From positions 528,404 to 592,403 of the forward strand of contig QPGO01000001.1 in the NCBI GenBank assembly GCA_008632985.1: DNA of 64,000 nt, given 5' to 3'. The translations under genes were made by a program, and so were the position numbers. Position 1 is the stretch's first letter, and every line of letters starts with the position of its first letter. This DNA comes from Psammoneis japonica (Eukaryota). Shown in pieces: positions 58,918 to 64,000 of the stretch. The notes beneath the pieces are model-generated. The model did not search any database. It was given only the letters and a program-made list of their open reading frames with translations, and was not told where the DNA came from.

Positions 58918-61900
58918 CAATGTGAAAATGAAAGTGATCTTTTGTGAGCGTTTTGAAATCATGATCAACTGAGTCTCTTTGAAATGTCCAGAGATTCTGC
59001 AAAATGTCTCGTTGCAGATTCTGTGCTGGTCTTTGCATGTGGGTTCGACGCTCTTGCTCTGTCTTCTAAGAAATGCACACATGTTGGGTCACGCAGATTT
59101 GACATGACTGATGTGTGCATTTTGTCACACTCCCTTCAGCAGTGTTGGGCGGAACGGTGATGTGTCCAACAATCTGCCAGCAGAGAAGGAACTTTTTGTG
59201 TCTGAGAAAGTCATGCTGCAGCAGAGGCTTTGTGAACATGTCTCCAACTTGATGTGATGCATCAACAGGACAGATCAAAACAACTCCCTTGTGAACATGG
59301 TCCTTGAAATGATGAAGCATGTTGTTGAAATGTTTGGTGTCTGTGGTTGCATCTTGGGCAGACGTGCCATCTCAAGAGCACTGGAATTGTCCTCAAATGC
59401 CTTGCAATGGACCTTGGGTGTGTCTGAGATGAGCGGGAGTGACCGTTTTCCTTGAGCTCATTCAGAATGTTCACAATTGGAATGGCGCTCCGAAGACTTT
59501 CTGAAAGTGCAATAAATTCTGCTTCAGCTGCACTTGGTGCCACTTGAGTTTGCAATTTGGATGACCATGCAATCGGACATCCTGCAAATGCAATGACGCA
59601 CAGCAACCTGTCCTTGACTTGGCAGTGCTTGTGTCACAGGTTGCAGTTGGCTTGCTCCAATTGCCTGCAAAGTTGGCATTCGCGCAAACTTCCAATGACT
59701 TGTCCTTGGGATGGATCTACATGCTGCGGTCTGTTTTTTGGGAGCTTGCAATTTTATAAAAACAACCTGGATTCTTTTGCTGAATGCACGCACTCACTAA
59801 AAACAAAATTTCGGTGACAGGTCGAACTTTGTCCGTTTCAAAGACACCACAAAATGCACAAACAATGGTTGTGAGCATGCGCAACTTTTACCTTGTCAAC
59901 AGCAGACATGTCCACAGCCAGTCAAATGCCACTCATTGGATTTTCCCAAAAAGTCGCAGCCAATCTGCCATGAGAAGCCCGATTTCAGTGATGGTTGGCG
60001 GTTTTTTCAACCTGGCAACAGGGCATGGGCCGACAAGTGGCATTTGAAGCTTTGAATTTGCAGCTCTCATGCCAGTGCAACAGCCCTGAGAAGGGCTTGA
60101 CGAATGCACAAGTGCTTGGGGGGTGTTCGAGGCAGGTCAAAATGACACAATGAAGTGTGGGAAATGCGAGCCATTTTAAATTAGACCGCAGCACGTAGAT
60201 CCATCCTCAATTGAATCAAGCATGATTCCTTCTTGGGCAGCATTGTGAAGGCACTTGCAAAGCCACGGTGCAGCTTTGCTGTGCGCTCACTTTGGGTCTT
60301 CGGAAAATCAGGTGATTTGATGTGCCACACAAGCAATGTCGGGTCGAGTTCACTTCTCGAGGAAGTTGAGTTTGCCGACCACAGCTCGGCAGTGGAAGCT
60401 CCCTTCAAATGATGAGTCATTCTTGTTTTGATGTGGCATCTTGGAGGAAGGAGCTGGAGTGGATTTGCTGGCTGCTCTTTTCAGCAAGTTTGCCATTTGC
60501 AGCATCTGTTGGATGAGGTGCGGTTGCACATGCTTCACACGACCATCAGGAAGCATCTCGACATTGATGCCGAGGTGGTCTTTGATGCTCCCTTGATCAT
60601 CAATGTCAACGTTTTTGTTCTTGACATCCAGAATTGCTTTGCAGATTGCATCTTTGTCAGGAGAAGCAAAAACACCGTCATCAACACAGTGCACAAACAG
60701 CACGTTGCTTCGGCAGCACAGGCATCTGTCAACATTGGATTGTTTGAATCCAATTCTGAGCAATCCCTCTTTGAGATGTTCTCCCCAAACTCGTCCTGCT
60801 TGCTTTTGTCCATGCAGATTCTTCAACAGTTGCAAAACACAATGAGTCTTGCCATCACCACATTTTGTCTCAATTCCTTTGGGCAATTCCACACACATGT
60901 TGCACTCAATGTTGGCATGTGGATGGGCAAGGATGAAGTCAACTTGGCGTGTGTGCCATCTGTTGAGGATGGATGGGATGAGGATCAATCATGTGGTGCA
61001 CCAGTTTATGACTGGGGTGCATGTGTCAAAACAGTTGACTGCACATTCCTGTTTTCCATGGCGCACATTCAATCTTGCTTTCCACTTGTGTGCTTTCTGA
61101 GTTTTGATGTCTTGCTTGTGTTTCATGGACCATGCTGAAGGCAAGACCTTGACTCCCTCTGGAACTTGATCTCTGGGAATCAATCTCCAGTGTTTGTGCT
61201 TGATGTGGTCATTGACCTCTTTGACTGCTGCCTTTGTAAATTCATCTTGGTCAGGTTCATGCATGGCTTCATCAAAGTGCATGATGTCTTGGTCGGATGG
61301 AGTCACAAATGATGGGGGTTGGCCCATGTCATCTTGGAGACAACAATCTTCCTTGTGCATTGTTTGGCACTCACACTTGGCTGCCCCATGTTTGCTTGTG
61401 TGGGGGCATTGTTGCCAGCGAGTTCTTGTTTGGTGCCTGTGAGCACTTCATCAGGTGAGCCAAATTCTGTGTCCTTGATTTGTTGTGGAATCACAGGTTC
61501 CAGATCAACTCTTGGTGCTTGAGCTGCTGTGGGCTCCCTTGACTCTTCTGATTGCCAAAACATGTTGAATCGACTTGGCCCAGCTTGTTTCTTGAAGCCT
61601 GCTGCAGTCTGCCATTGGGAAAATGTTGGAGGATTTCCAGCAGATGGTCTGACAGTTTCAAAAAAGTCATTGCATTGCAAATGGAATTGTGGTGACATCA
61701 GGCCTGTTTCCAAATTCAAGACTGGTGATGTCAAACTGGCATGTCTTGGTGATGGACTAAGATTGATTCCAAGTCTTGCTCTTTGGCTCCACTTTGGCAT
61801 GCGTCCTCCACCTTGCAATCTGTTGTTCAGAGCACAGACTGGGCATCCGAATTTGTGGTGAGCTTTGACGGAAGCAAACCTTTTGATCAGTGAGGAACCA

Positions 61901-64000
61901 TCAGCGTGATCAGGCAAGGAGTTCCTGATTTCATTGGTGCAACACAAGGTGCTCAGCCACAAGTTCAATTTGATTGCTGATGGCCATCTTGCCTTTGCAT
62001 GGAACAATTGCTTGCATGCTTGTTCTTGCAGGTCGCAAATCTGCTTTTCAGCAGTGCCATTTTGAAAGTGAGCATTTGCTCAACAGCAGGAAATTGTCTG
62101 TCCCTCTTTCTCAACATCTTGGATGAATGCATTGTTGGTGAATCTTCCGTTGTTGGCATGGCAGTGTTTGATTTGGACATGATGTCGGTGAGCAAAGGCT
62201 TTGAATGCTCTCTCAGCCTTCAAGGTGTCCTCAGAGGCAAGTGATCATTGTAAGTGGATGTGGCTGAGTCCACTGCAGTGATCCACAAACACCATCACAG
62301 CCTTGCATCTCTGTTTTGCAGGCCTTCCTTTGAGCTGAGGGACAAATCCAGTCATTGGACTTTTGAGTTGGTCAACAGACACAACTTCTCCCGGTTTTGT
62401 GGCAACGTGTGTGTGCCCTCTGTCTTGCTTGGACTTGGTGTGCCACGGGTGCCAAGTCATGGCTCCACAGATGCACCCTGTGCACTTTGGGTTCTGAACT
62501 TTGGTCAGTCGTCTTGGAAGGACACCAAGCGCTGCCAGCAGTGTTGTCATCTTGAATGATGCACGGCCTGACTGGCAATGCCAACGCAACAATTCTCCTT
62601 GGTCGTCGTCAGTGGCAAGGATGTCCTCATCAGGGATTGCATTGATTGGATCTCAGAGTCTTGTCTGGACTTCTTTGGAAGCAAGATCTTTCATGTTCTC
62701 TTCATTCTCATCAGGAACAGAGTGTGGTGAGTGCCTGTCTTGTTCATTTGCGGGTTGAAACAAAGTCTTCCCACTGTCAATGTTGTTGTGTGCTCCTTGC
62801 ATCTCGTCAGGTCGCAACTTGGCAGAGTCCTTGAAGGAGTCTTGTGGTGCTGCATTGGCATCTTTGTCTGAGTCACTGTCATCAGATGGAATTGCGTGGG
62901 TCTGGTGCATGACTTGCTCAATGTCGTCAACCCTTTGTCACCTGGCACAGAATGGAAGCTGGCCATGTTTGTCACAGGATCCCATGGGATGAAGCGTTGG
63001 CACTTCCTTTGATTCCACATGAGCAGGCAACCGTCTTCTTGGTTGACCAAGATGGTTCCATGAGGCTCAGGCCTGTGTTTGTTTGCCTGTGACTCTGTTG
63101 TTGAGGACAGAACAGACACACAGGTGAGTTTGGCATGCAGAGTGCTTTGTGAATGGTGAAGGTGTGGATTTCGCCATTGTCATTCTCAATTTTCCATTTC
63201 AGCATTCCTCTCCCTTTGACCTTTGGGAGCTCGCCTCCAATGCCATTCACTTTCATCTTGACTGGTTTGAGTTCACTGATGAAGTGCTTGCAATTGTTTG
63301 ACATGGTGCAAGAGGCATGGTTGTCAACGCCAATCATGAAAGAGTCCGAATCACAAGTGGCCTTGTTTTCATGGTTGGCTGAAATGCCTTGGAACAAGTC
63401 CGTTGAATTGCTGGCCACAGGTGTGAAGGCAACTTTGTGGGTTGCTTGCTTTTTGGCCACTTTGGTCAAGTGACCTCTTTGTTTTGCAGTCATGCACCTT
63501 GGACAGTGCCTGCTTTTATTTGGTGGCAAGTCTTTGCACAGCACTTGTGCATCAGCTGGGATTTGTGAAATGATCCACTCACTCAACATCATTGTTGGTG
63601 TCATGACTTTCTTGAATGTCTTGTGAGGAAGGCCGAAAGTGACAACTGGAATTGTTGGTGCCAGCAGAGGTGCCGCAATCATCATGGCCATTCAGGCCAC
63701 AGCAAGGGTTCCAAGGAACAGTGTTGCAATGAGCTTCATGCAGTGTGTCCATGTGAAGAGAGCCCTTGTGACCATTCCAAAGAACAGTCATTCCTCAGAT
63801 CAGACATCCTCGAGGATGGTGGCAAGCGCATTTGCGAATGAAACTTTCTTCAAGGAGTCCGCATTGTCACCTGGCTCTTGTGACTTTCTCAACCTGCAAC
63901 CATTGGTCCATTGTCATCCAGCAGGTGAATGACCCACGTGGTGTGGCATTGACACCAGCAGCACTCGCGGTTGCCATGAGTCTTAAAGTGGTGCTTCTTG
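58918..64000 (-). mobile_element. Degenerate Ty1/Copia (CoDi-like) LTR retrotransposon, 5' part outside the window
   Basis: Protease IGVDNHASCTMSN, integrase (VSVDQL, VFVDHCSG), RT (WKARLN, QVDFILA, LHGQKQAG, FVHCVDDG), RNase H (CANANFAG, SAAEAEFIALS, GDMFTKPL) in Copia order. PPT GAAGGGAG then TG LTR start at about 59129. Confidence 0.9.
59709..60206. mobile_element. TIR element (GGATGGATC termini) inserted between Copia RT and RNase H
   Basis: 24-bp TIR GGATGGATCTACRTGCTGCGGTCT; flanks TTG and TCA, both derivable from a TTA duplication. Confidence 0.8.

Noticed and set aside
12761..64000. Hundreds of overlapping 60-350 aa Cys/His/Trp-rich ORFs in all six frames as novel small or metal-binding proteins
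   Set aside because: Explained by loss of TAA/TAG and Tyr codons through TpA depletion in transposon DNA. No coherent domains beyond the TE remnants listed.
12957..64000. Classical fungal RIP or simple CpG methylation decay as the explanation for the composition
   Set aside because: RIP enriches TpA, the opposite of what is seen. CpG decay is present but cannot remove TpA.
12957..64000. Alternative genetic code or A-to-I RNA editing of retroelements
   Set aside because: Host genes use the standard code with normal Tyr and stops. Changes occur on both strands and in DNA transposons and TSDs, which have no RNA intermediate.

Overview
Eukaryotic DNA, most likely a (pennate) diatom. This is inferred from short GT-AG introns, diatom-style FG-GAP membrane proteins, and CoDi-like Copia, Gypsy and Ngaro-type retroelements. 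Gene islands: 4.3-12.6 kb (two inverted FG-GAP/integrin-alpha-like paralogs, HOOK, V-ATPase c''), 26.5-27.8 kb and 30-37 kb (F-box pseudogenes, a glycosyltransferase fragment, a Sel1-HET-like-TPR gene). Between them lie nested transposon fields (about 12.9-26.2, 28.2-29.9 and 37.2-64 kb). Main signal: the repeat fields are almost stripped of TpA. Copies that were identical at insertion (LTR pairs, TTAA target-site duplications, split direct repeats) and related MITE copies differ by TA->TG and TA->CA on top of CpG decay. This points to a repeat-targeted, both-strand A:T->G:C hypermutation at TpA, the reverse of fungal RIP. It turns Tyr into Cys/His (YxDD->HxDD/CxDD) and erases TAA/TAG stops, which explains the mass of spurious Cys/His-rich ORFs. 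Second signal: at 0.2-4.2 kb a Crypton-like tyrosine recombinase is paired convergently with an AT-hook-RusA Holliday-junction resolvase and flanked by a hairpin cluster. All comparisons were made by eye; no searches were run.
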